Of a DNA stretch of 33,698 nt, positions 23,706 through 33,698 are shown piece by piece. Every line of letters begins with the position of its first letter. Position 1 is the stretch's first letter. The stretch is from Octopus sinensis (Eukaryota), in NCBI RefSeq assembly GCF_006345805.1, contig NW_021832114.1, positions 1-33,698 on the forward strand, given 5' to 3'. Under the pieces are notes generated by a model. It made no database searches and had not been told where the DNA came from. It saw nothing but the letters and a program-made list of their open reading frames with translations. A program made the translations under genes and the position numbers.

Positions 23706-24985
23706 ATAAAGGAGTTTCACCTTTACCAGTATTATATTACTCTTCAAAAAACAGGTGGATGAATGAACACTTGTTCACAGAATGGTTCATCCAAGAATTT
23801 GTGCCAGCTGAACAAAAGCGCTCTCACAAATGTGGTAAACCTGATTCAAAGTGCCTGCAGCTATTACACAATTGCAGAGCACATCCTCACGACACAAAAC
23901 TAGTGTCATCGTGTGGGAATGTTTTTACGTGCTACTTACCACCGAATGTGACATCTCTCATTCAACCTCTGGAGCAAGGGATTATTTGGAGCTTAAAACG
24001 TTTCTACAGAAATGATTTCAAGATGAATATGATAAATAGCAATGTTAGTATAGGCAATTTCCAGTGCAATTTTACCATCAAAGATGCCATTTTTTCCCTT
24101 GCAAGTGCATGGAATCAGGTTTGAGCAGGCACATTAACAGAAGCGTGGGGGAAATTATACCCAGTGTCTTGTGCTCCTAAAGTGAAAGAAGCAGAAAATG
24201 TATCTGGAGTACAAAATATTCTTGAAAGTAGAGGATTTCCAACCAAACACACCGTTCTTCAATCACTTGATGCAAATGGAATTGAAATGTGGGTTTGACA
24301 AGATGAAGAAAACACTGAACAATGTCCTGAAGACAATATTGGTCATGAAATTAGTGACAGCAATGGCTCCCATTCGAGTGAATCTTATGTAAATGGCCAA
24401 GAACACTCTAATGAGGAAATATCATGGGATAAGATGACAGAAAAGTCTATGGAGATAGTGATAAAATTTCTAGAAAGAAATCCTTACTTTAGTGACAACT
24501 ATTTTTGGCAAGCAATGTCACTTTGAAAGGATATGATCATAAAGAGACTACAGCACGAGGAAATAGTGGAGTTTGGTGATCGCTTGAGGAATGCAATGGC
24601 AGACCCCGTCAGTTTGATAAATGAAGACAGAAACAAAAGTGAAGAAGCTCATTCAATGAACGCATAAAAGTATTCTACATTGGTGATTGGTTGTTAAATG
24701 CAGATAATTTATGTAATAAATACCTAACAATTAACATTTATTTAATTAGAAAAAAAATTTGAAAGTAAATTAACATTATTTAATATTAATTTATTTTCAA
24801 ACTTTTTTCCCCCCAAGCAATGATATTTAACAATTCTTTAAAATATATAATGTGCTCATCTTAATATATACATTAAATACTAGAAGGGGTACCCGGAAAT
24901 GTAAGAGGAAATATTTTCGCACCCTTATGCATTTTCTTCCCATAACTTGAACATAGCACACGTTCGAATTAGAGGAGTTCTACTG
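23706..24985 (+). mobile_element. Tigger/pogo (DDE_1, CENP-B/Jerky-like) transposon, 5'-truncated, with right TIR
   Basis: [21 protein letters not shown] (LLDN), [33 protein letters not shown]. Right TIR reverse complement cagtagaactcctctaattcgaac at 24962-24985 is followed by TA. Confidence 0.9.
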
Positions 24986-24996
24986 TATATACATAC

Positions 24997-25112
24997 AGGT
25001 GGAGGTGCATGGCTTAGTGGTTAGGGTGTTGGACTCATGATCGTAAGACTGCTGTTTCAATTCTTGTACCAGGTGATGCTTTGTGTTCTTGACCAAAACA
25101 CTTCATTTCACT
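24997..25112 (+). mobile_element. tRNA-derived SINE family C head (CORE-like)
   Basis: A-box TGGCTTAGTGG 25010-25020, degenerate B-box gtttcaattc, then gttcttgaccaaaacacttcatttcac. Confidence 0.7.
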
Positions 25113-25231
25113 CAAAAATGAATTACCATAAAAACCCATGTAATTTGCGCACCTGTGTAATTTACGCAGGTGATTTTTAGGATAAAATTTGTTAGAAAAA
25201 GCTTCTGCTCATGTAAAATTCTCACCCAAAA

Positions 25232-25337
25232 GTTTTCAGAATTTCTGGCGAGACAGCTGCAGGAGAAATGCCCAGCCAAAGATAAGCCCCTGTAAATTGG
25301 CTTTCGTTGACATGGAGAAAGCCTTTGACAGGGTCCC
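25232..25337 (+). mobile_element. Short RTE RT fragment
   Basis: FLARQLQEK..AKDKPL.LAFVDMEKAFDRVP. Confidence 0.85.
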
Positions 25338-25588
25338 CTTGTGTATAATACACACCCCTTTTCTAAATTGAGTCGTGCATAATTAAGCCAGCAGCACCTA
25401 GTCAAACAAACACTTCCGCGCATGCGTAATACAATAATGGTGATGTTCTTAACTGTTATATGGAATGTAAATATGTTTGCAAATTGTTTTTGTTATGGAT
25501 TATTCTGTGTTCTGAATACTTTTATTTTAATAAATGTTGCTTATTGCAAGTTATAGATGATTCTTCATTGCTTTCAGGCTTAGCTTAA

Positions 25589-26661
25589 CCCTTTCGTTAC
25601 TATATTTCTGACCAAAATACACCCCTTATGTGTTTCAATTAATTTCTAACGTAATCATAAATTTAGTCTGGTTTCATCAAACAACTATAACTTTTTTATT
25701 TATCAATATATTAACATGAATTTTGGAAGATAATTTAATGAAATGTTCTCAACCAATTCTATACTATAATTTTTGTCACAAAGTGACTCTAATTGCAGGT
25801 AAATACAGGTAAATTCAACAATATATAAAATTATTAAAATTTTGTTCAAACATCGCTATAGAAAATGGGTTTTTAGCTAATATTCAATTGGGTATACAAC
25901 AAAATTTTACGATAGAATTTGTTATTCTTGGTAACTTTCTGATACCCATAATAATATTTATGGCAAAATAGGCCTTAATTTCATTTTAGGTTGTGGGAAA
26001 TAACAAACTATCCTTTCTTTCGCTTTGTTTACGTTTAGCGTAACGGTTCGTTTCCGCCGTAATGATTTCAAATAGGCTCATTCGAAAAAGTAAAAAGAAA
26101 TAGTTTAAGGCTTTACTCTTCTGGGAAAGTCTGTGGCTTGGTCCAGTTTCTTCAGAAAAATCACCGAAAGAAACAGTTTTTAAATTTTCACTCCATTCAG
26201 GTGCCAATTCATTTTCTTTATCGCTGTCGGAGCTCTCAAATTCACTGTTTTCACTTTCGGAAAATGAAACAGATTCATTATCAAATACCACATGCTTTTT
26301 TTTTCAGTCATAGAATTAGATTTATGAAGGTCTTCAGTAGAAAATCCTTCGAATTCTGACTCGCTGCTTGATATAATGAAATTCGTATCCATTTTTTGTC
26401 AGAATTACAAATTTTGAAAACACAATAGGAAGAAATTTCGGAAAAAAATCTCCCATAATTCACGGAATTAAAATTACACTTCGATTATTGTTCAAAACTG
26501 TAGTTGAACTCTTTACGAAGTATAATACGTGTTTTCACGAATGTACTAAAGAGATTTGCTCTGATATTCTCATTTAAATATGAATAGGTAAATTCGGGCG
26601 GTTTGGGGCGGCTTGGTCACATTAACCAAAATTTTTTTCGGGCGGTTTGGTAACGAAAGGG
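25589..26661 (-). mobile_element. piggyBac deletion derivative (1073 bp) with perfect 12-bp TIRs, TTAA TSD and N-terminal transposase remnant
   Basis: TTAA|ccctttcgttac ... gtaacgaaaggg|TTAA. Minus-strand 26392-25930 encodes an acidic N-terminus, FSEETGP..L....AL.YFFLLF...FEII.AETNRYA and TT*NEIKAYFAINIIMG (PGBD4-like). Confidence 0.92.
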
Positions 26662-26861
26662 TTAAGGCATTTTCATGCCCGACATCACAAAATGCGTCTG
26701 AATAAACATTGCCAGACAGCAAATAGAGACTCGGACATTGCTTGGAAAATAGTTTTCAATTTTAACCTCGTATATAGTACGCACTAGGGATTTTGACCTT
26801 TATGTTTTGGGAAAAAAAAGGGGATTATAGTCGAGGATTTACGGTTTATATATATATATAT

Positions 26862-27255
26862 GCAGAAGTGGCTCTGTAGTAAGAAACTTGAATGTGGTTG
26901 CTTCTCAACCACATTATTGTAGGTTCAGTCCCATTGCTTGGTACCTTGGGCAAGTGTTTTCTACTAAAGCATTGGGCTAATTAAATATGTGTGAGTGGAT
27001 TTGGTAGACTGAACTGAAAGAAGACCAACCCTAAACCTAATTTTTGTATTTGTGCCTTGCCACTGCTTGACAATCCATGGCAGTGTGTTCATGTCCCCGT
27101 AACTTAGTGGTTTGTCAAAAGGGACCAATAGAATAAGTACTGCACTGACAAAGAAAATAAGTGTAGGGTGAATCGATTTGACAAGCAAAGAATACCCCAA
27201 GGCAGTGCCCCAGCATGGCCACAATCTAATGACTGAATCAAGTAAAATATTGAAA
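26862..27255 (+). mobile_element. SINE family A, full length
   Basis: tRNA-like head (ggttcagtccc), ccttgggcaagtg CORE-like segment, gagtggatttggtagac, ccagcatggccac..tgactgaa tail. Confidence 0.85.
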
Positions 27256-27299
27256 TATACACACATATACATAAATACATACATAAGTACATGCTAATA

Positions 27300-27726
27300 T
27301 GATCTGGCAGAGTTTCTAAAGCTGGATGCCCTTCCTAACACCAACCATTCCGAGAGTATAGCGGGTGCTTTTACGTGTCACTGGAACGAGGGCCAGTCAG
27401 GCAGTACTGGCATTGACCACGCTCAAATGGTGCTTTTTACATGCCACCTGCACAGGAGCTAGTCAAGCAATGCTGGCAACGGCCATGCTTGAATGGTGCT
27501 TTTTACATTCCACCGGCACCAGAGTCGGTTAGGTGGCACTGGCATCAATCATGCTCAAATGGTGCTTTTAACGTTCTACTGGCACGGGTTCCAGTCAGGC
27601 AGTACTGTCATTGGCCATGATAACAATATCACATGCCTCAACAGGTCTTCGCAAGTGGAGACCATTGCCCAATAATTGAAGGGTACTCTTAAATAGGCTG
27701 GTTATGCAGCATTGGCATAGGCCATG
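27300..27726 (-). mobile_element. RTE-tailed SINE-like repeat (4 internal ~66-bp modules)
   Basis: ggtgctttt recurs at 27364, 27429, 27495 and 27561. gctggatgcccttcctaac is the reverse complement of the family body. Confidence 0.8.
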
Positions 27727-27875
27727 GTTATGTATGTATGTATATATATATAAATATATATATAATTGCATGGCAATTTTTAACATTTATGTATTAGTCT
27801 TGTTGGGTACCTCTCTAGCAGTATATTGGATATATGTTATCCCATGGTGGGTTGAATTTTCAACCCCTATCTCAT

Positions 27876-27981
<106 letters not shown>

Positions 27982-28009
27982 TATATACATATATATATAC
28001 ATATATATA

Positions 28010-28056
<47 letters not shown>

Positions 28057-28377
28057 ATATATATATACTACATGTATATAAGTTAGAGAAGAAGTACCAT
28101 GTAACATTTACCTAGAACTAAATTATGTACTATTTATTTATTATTTTGTACTTTATTTAGTTCTACATAAATGTTTTATCGTATCTTTAATTTTTTCCTA
28201 CATGGTATGATTTAAGTATATCATTGCTGAATTGCTACATGGTGGTTCTTCTCTGATTTACATACATGCATCATATATTGTGAAATTTGATTTAGTATTA
28301 CTAAATTGAATTTCTCCCTGTAAGTTAGGAATCATATTCCCTAATGTTATTATATATATATATATATATACATATAT

Positions 28378-28410
<33 letters not shown>

Positions 28411-28424
28411 GATATGAGATTAAA

Positions 28425-28622
28425 GCTTTCTCAAGGCATTAACTTAAAAAGATGGTTTCCCGGATTCTGTAGCGTATATATTTCCCCGCAGAATAGGAAG
28501 GTGGGCCATCGCTGGATTGCTCATTTTTATCAGCTAATTAGTTTGGGGTAAGTGGAGTGAAGGGTTTTGCTCAAGAAAGTAATCTCTCACCCAATCCAGG
28601 AAGAGAAACTTCGATCTTAAGA
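28425..28622 (-). mobile_element. SINE family C; a 3' part recurs at 33585-33698
   Basis: ttgctcaagaa (CORE-like) and ggaaggtgggccatcg.tggatt are shared with 33650-33680. Confidence 0.6.
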
Positions 28623-28882
28623 AAGACTCACATGCAGGCACACCTACACATGTATACATATATATATATATAAATATATATATAAATATATATATATATA
28701 TAAATATATATATTTATATATATATACACACACACACTCACACACAAATATACACCTTTATATATTCATACACATAAATACATACATGTTCACACCCACA
28801 GTTATATATATATATGCATAATTGTACTGAGAAAATGTTTTTCAATTGAAATTTTCCCAGGCCACTTGTTGACTCTGTTTAA

Positions 28883-29102
28883 CCCATTAGTGTTTAAACC
28901 GGCTGTATCCGGCCCAAATATTCTACACATTTATTGCTCAAACTGGCCAGAACATGCATCTCACACCTACCCTGCAATGTCACTCCAAAAATAAGCAATT
29001 ACATCTTTCCTATCTTGAAGGTACAAAATAATATCAGATAATTTTTTTTAAATGTGAATAAATAAGGATTACTTTTGACAAATTAATCTGAACGCTAAAG
29101 GG
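28883..29102. mobile_element. piggyBac-type MITE (220 bp)
   Basis: TTAA|cccattagtgttta ... tgaacgctaaaggg|TTAA. TIRs match 11/14. Confidence 0.85.
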
Positions 29103-29330
29103 TTAAGCCAAACAAAAGCTTTCTAAGAAAGTGTTTCATGTGAATGCTTATCCAAGTGTAAATAACACCAATTAGCAATTTTGACTTTGCATTCAGACAC
29201 AAAATCGATTCATTGAATGTATCTCTTTGCAATTTGGGATTTCCAAACATATACACTCATCCACCCATTTATACACACCCACATACATACATTCATTCTT
29301 ATAACAACAAACAACTTCAATTGTCTATAT

Positions 29331-29784
29331 CTTTTATTCTTTACTTGTTTAAGACTGTGGCCATGCTGGGGCACTGCTTTCAAGAAGATTTTGCTAAATT
29401 TATCAACCTGAGAACTTAATATTTTAAAACTTGGGGCTTATTCTAAGGGTCTCTTTTGCCAAACCGTTAACTGATGGGGACATAAACACACACTCACCGG
29501 TTGCCAAGCAGTGAGAGGGGGAACAGACATAGACACAGATACACACTCACAGGCAGATGCACACAGATACACGCTCAGATGCACACACGTACACATATGG
29601 TTTTGTATATATGTACACATATATGAGGTGGGCTTCTTTTAGTTTCCCTTTACCAAATCCAAACAAGTGTTTAATCACTCTGTCACTATCGTGGAAGACA
29701 CTTGCTGAAGGTGCCACACAATGGGACTGAACCCAGAACCATGTGGTTGCGAAGCACATTTCTTACTACACAGACATGCCTGTA
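29331..29784 (-). mobile_element. SINE family A, full length
   Basis: Tail at 29331 and gggactgaaccc head near 29725. Confidence 0.85.
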
Positions 29785-29817
29785 CACACACACACACATA
29801 GCTTTTATTTCCATAAT

Positions 29818-29955
29818 AAGTTTACTTCCCAAGCACATGGTTCAGGGTTCAGTCCCACTACATGGCACCTTGGGCAAGTGACTGCTACTCTAACCTCAGG
29901 CCAACCAAGGCTTTGTGATTAGATTTGGTAGACGGAAACTGATAGAAGACCATTG

Positions 29956-30034
<79 letters not shown>

Positions 30035-30230
30035 CTTCACGTCTGTGTGTGTTTTGGTGTGTCTCTGTCCTTGTACCTAAGCAGTTCAGCAAAAGGTACC
30101 AATAGAATAAGTTCCAGACAAAGAAATGAAATATGTGCAGAGTCAGTCCATTTGAATGGCAAAGAATACCCCAAGGTGGTGCCCCAGCTTGGCCGTAGTT
30201 TAATGACTGCAGGATCCAGTAAAAGATCAA
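29818..30230 (+). mobile_element. SINE family A, near full length
   Basis: gggttcagtcccac..ccttgggcaagtg..gatttggtagacggaaact..gccccagc.tggcc tail. Confidence 0.85.
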
Positions 30231-30303
30231 CATACACATACAAGTAAATATATTTACATGGTTATGTTCACACATTTGTTAATATACGTGTGTATATATA
30301 TAT

Positions 30304-30701
30304 CTTTTCTCTCTTTTTCTCTCGTTTACTTGTTTCAGTCTTTTGACTGCGGCCATGCTGGAGCACCACCTTCAAGTAGAGTAAATCGACCCCAGGACTT
30401 ATTCTTTGTAAGCCTAGTACTTATTCTATCAGTCTCTTTTGCTGAACCGCTAAGTTACGGGGACATAAACACACCAGCATTGGTTGTCAAGCAATGGTGG
30501 GGGGACAAACATATACACACATACATATATATACATATATACGACGGGCTTCTTCCAGTTTCCGTCTACCAAATTCACTCACAAGGCTTTGGTCATCCCG
30601 AGGCTATAGTAGAAGACACTTGCCCAAGGTGCCATGCAGTGGGACTGAACACAGAACCATGTGGTTGGTAAGCAATCTACTGACCAAACAGCCACTTCTA
30701 C
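30304..30701 (-). mobile_element. SINE family A, full length, least diverged copy
   Basis: cagtcttttgactgcggccatgctggagcacc tail, gaagacacttgcccaaggtgcc, gggactgaac head. Confidence 0.9.
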
Positions 30702-30869
30702 ATATATATATATGTGTGTGTGTATATATGCATATGTATGTGTGATAGACACTCCAATTGAAAACAACATACGAGCATCCATCTTTTGCCCAAAGGTCTG
30801 CAGAAACAATTCCTTTACAGTGATGAAATGTTCATGCTATACTTTCACTCACTCTACTCATCAAATACA

Positions 30870-30909
<40 letters not shown>

Positions 30910-31072
30910 CATATATATACATATACATACATATACATATACATACATATACGTATACATATATATATACATATACATACATATACATATACATGTATAT
31001 ACATATACATATATATATATACATATACTATATATATATACGTATACATATATATATATACATATATATATA

Positions 31073-31316
31073 CTGTTGTGTCTGGGGAAAGTCATTCACT
31101 TTTAGTGCCTTATTATTTAACACACTCACTGGTAAAATTTCCACTTATTTCTTATTTTTATTTTCTAAAATTTTCGTTGCGTCTTGCAACCTTTTCAATA
31201 GTCTTGACGCAACGAAAATTTTGGAAAATAAAAATAAGAAATAAGTGGAAATTTTACCTGTGAGTGTGTTAAATAATAAGGCACTAAAAGTGAATGACTC
31301 TCCCCAGACACAACAG
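31073..31316. mobile_element. Foldback MITE: 111-bp arms, 22-nt spacer
   Basis: Arms 31073-31183 and 31206-31316 differ at 3 positions. TA on the left flank, AA on the right. Confidence 0.9.
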
Positions 31317-31562
31317 AATATGCTTCAACACAAGAACTCACATAAAGAATCTTGCAAACCAAATCCAAAAACGAAATATATATATACACACATATATATA
31401 CATACATACATATGTGTGTGTGTATATATATAAATAAATAATACATATAAATATATATGTATAAATATACATAATACGTGTGTGTGTGTGTGTATTTATA
31501 TATATATATATATATAAATAAATAATACACACACACACATATATATATACATATATATAAAT

Positions 31563-31925
31563 TTTGGCATTGAAAGCTACACCAATGCCAGAACGGGACG
31601 ACACTGCATAGTGCCAAAGATCCCAGCAATGCTATCGCACTTCGGGATTCAGGGGCCCACAGCTTTTTAATATTCTCCTAAAGAACCTGAAGAACTTGCA
31701 CAAAGTAAATGTAGGAGATTTTAAATCAAAGCTGGACCTCTTCCTGTCGAGAGTCTCAGATGAACCTCCCTCACGTCAAGAGGTGTAAATAAGGGTGGCT
31801 ACATCAAACTCCATTCTTTACCAAGTGCCACATATTGAAGGAGGCACTCAGTAATAACAGTGTAGCAAAACGGCAGTCGCTCCAGCATGGCCACAGCTCT
31901 GAGCTGAAACTACAGAAATAAAATA
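31563..31925 (+). mobile_element. 3' end of a second CR1/L2-group LINE family (ORF2 C-terminus + 3' UTR)
   Basis: [45 protein letters not shown], then tail gctccagcatggccacagctctgagctgaaact and an A-rich end. Confidence 0.8.
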
Positions 31926-31956
31926 TATATAATACATATGTGTGTGTTTTGATATT

Positions 31957-32000
<44 letters not shown>

Positions 32001-32005
32001 TTACA

Positions 32006-32046
<41 letters not shown>

Positions 32047-32054
<8 letters not shown>

Positions 32055-32695
32055 ATGAGGGTGTCTAAGAGACACCAACATGCCGAAATAGCAGTCGAAA
32101 CTCTGACTATAAAAACCACGTTAAGTGTTCATATCGCACCATGAGATAAGACAGAGGGACAAAATATACAAGCAAAAATTATTGAATAATTCAAGATCCA
32201 GGATTTCTGGTTTTGCTTTAAATAAGCTTTACCGTCATCGGTTGAATATATCAAGAGTACATAAATACAGATATATATATGCAGAACAAACGATATACTT
32301 ACATACACGAACGCCCATACATAAATACATATGCACGTATGCACGCGGCCAGTTAAATTACCCGCCGAATCATCCCATAAGTACGATACTGGCCGCGTGC
32401 ATACGTGCATATGTATTTATGTATGGGCGTTCGTGTATGTAAGTATATCGTTTGTTCTGCATATATATATCTGTATTTATGTACTCTTGATATATTCAAC
32501 CGATGACGGTAAAGCTTATTTAAAGCAAAACCAGAAATCCTGGATCTTGAATTATTCAATAATTTTTGCTTGTATATTTTGTCCCTCTGTCTTATCTCAT
32601 GGTGCGATACGAACACTTTAACGTGGTTTTTATAGTCAGAGTTTCGACTGCTATTTCAGCATGTTGGTGTCTCTTAGACACCCTCATTTTTAATT
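32047..32695. repeat. 649-bp near-perfect palindrome (307/308-bp arms, 34-nt loop)
   Basis: Arms 32047-32353 and 32388-32695 differ by only 2 substitutions and 1 single-base indel. Confidence 0.97.
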
Positions 32696-32795
32696 GTTAG
32701 AAATTATTACCTTTGTAAGGTATTTTTCCCATGCTGGCCACTTGATAATATGGATACTTAAATATCGATATTATCCTCATATATAATATATATAT

Positions 32796-32832
<37 letters not shown>

Positions 32833-32836
32833 CAAT

Positions 32837-32878
32837 ATCATCATCGTTTAACGTCCGTTTTCCGTGCTACCACGGGTT
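32837..32878 (-). mobile_element. Extreme 3' tail of the RTE-tailed repeat
   Basis: atcatcatcgtttaacgtccgttttcc.tgcta is the reverse complement of the family tail. Confidence 0.75.
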
Positions 32879-33024
32879 ATATATGTATAGTACATACATA
32901 CATATATTGAATATATACCAAATAATTGTCGTCACATATTACGTTTACAGATATATATATACACATATATATATATATATATATACACATACAAAAAACA
33001 TACATTAATGCATACTACATACGT

Positions 33025-33285
33025 ATGTGACGGTGGCACGTAAAATGCATCATTCAAGCATGCTTGATGCCAGCACTGCCTCAGTGGCCCTGATGCCTGT
33101 GGCACATAAAAAGCACCGACTTCACTCTCAGAGTGGTTGGCATTAGGAATGGTATCCAACTGCAGAAACTTTGCCAGATGAAATTGGGGCCTGGTGCACC
33201 CTTCTGGTATGCCAGCCCTCAGTCAAACCGTCCAATTCATGCCAGCATGGAAGCAGACGTTAAAGACGACGACGATGATGATGAT
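33025..33285 (+). mobile_element. RTE-tailed SINE-like repeat (2 modules)
   Basis: ggtggcacgtaaaatgcatc and gtggcacataaaaagcacc modules, with body and (GAT)n tail as above. Confidence 0.8.
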
Positions 33286-33309
33286 ACATATATGTCTATA
33301 TGTATGTAT

Positions 33310-33500
33310 GTATTTGTAGCCCTCTTAGACATGCCAGTGGCCCCTCAGACAGCCATAGTTACCAGCTATGCTGACGATACAAAATTATCAGAGGCAATAA
33401 AATAATCAAAGATGACATCGCAAGATTACAGCTGGGGCAAACGACTGAGAAAAGCGGCAAGACCATGGTGGTGCTCCAGCATGACCACAGCTGCATGTGT
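33310..33500 (+). mobile_element. CR1/L2-group RT fragment joined directly to the shared 3' tail
   Basis: FVALLDMP.A.QTAIVTSYADDTKLSEAI..DDIARLQ, then ggtggtgctccagcatgaccacagctgcat. Confidence 0.75.
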
Positions 33501-33698
33501 AAAGAAATGTGTAAAAGAATAATATATCTGTGCGTGTGTGTATTATGAAACTGTATCAAAACTTTCCTGAGTCATTGACTCACACAGCACAAATTATCGA
33601 CTCATAAGGACGGTTTCCCTTATTCTGTCATGTATATATTTCCCCCAATGATGAGGAAGGTGGGCCATCGTTGGATTCCTTGTTTTTACTAGCCGAAT

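Larger units (their letters stand above)
25126..26844. mobile_element. Non-autonomous Tc1/mariner-superfamily (pogo/Tc2-like) element hosting nested insertions
   Basis: Right end reverse complement ccgtaaatcctcgactataatc. Left end TA|ccataaaaacccatgtaat is a decayed match. Confidence 0.45.

Noticed and set aside
32125-32621. Mirror-image ORFs of 87-105 aa on both strands
   Set aside because: A by-product of the palindrome, with no recognisable protein features.
33568-33582. TGAGTCA-T-TGACTCA double AP-1 palindrome
   Set aside because: It lies at the tail of a SINE-like repeat, and one short motif is no evidence of function.

Overview
AT-rich eukaryotic genomic DNA, most likely a coleoid cephalopod (Octopus-like). 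This is inferred from the repeat landscape of (TA)n/(CA)n arrays, tRNA-derived SINEs, RTE-tailed repeats and TTAA MITEs, and has not been confirmed by a database search. There are no prokaryotic genes, rRNA or CRISPR. Bases 143-5655 (minus strand) hold what reconstructs as one intronless ~5.5-kb coding exon for a ~1,800-aa protein: a helical N-terminus followed by several NHL-like beta-propeller modules. It is broken by many +/-1-nt indels in its 5' part and fully open for the last 488 codons. The rest is a transposon-rich block: two tandem Helitron-like elements, at least four SINE/SINE-like families, mariner, Tigger/pogo, a piggyBac deletion derivative and MITE, RTE and CR1/L2 LINE fragments, and two near-perfect foldback palindromes (244 bp and 649 bp). 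Two candidate + strand splice units suggest the window may lie inside a large host-gene intron. The top leads are the multi-propeller locus, the 649-bp palindrome with its dsRNA-rich neighbourhood, and a LINE-SINE shared 3' tail with a covarying hairpin.
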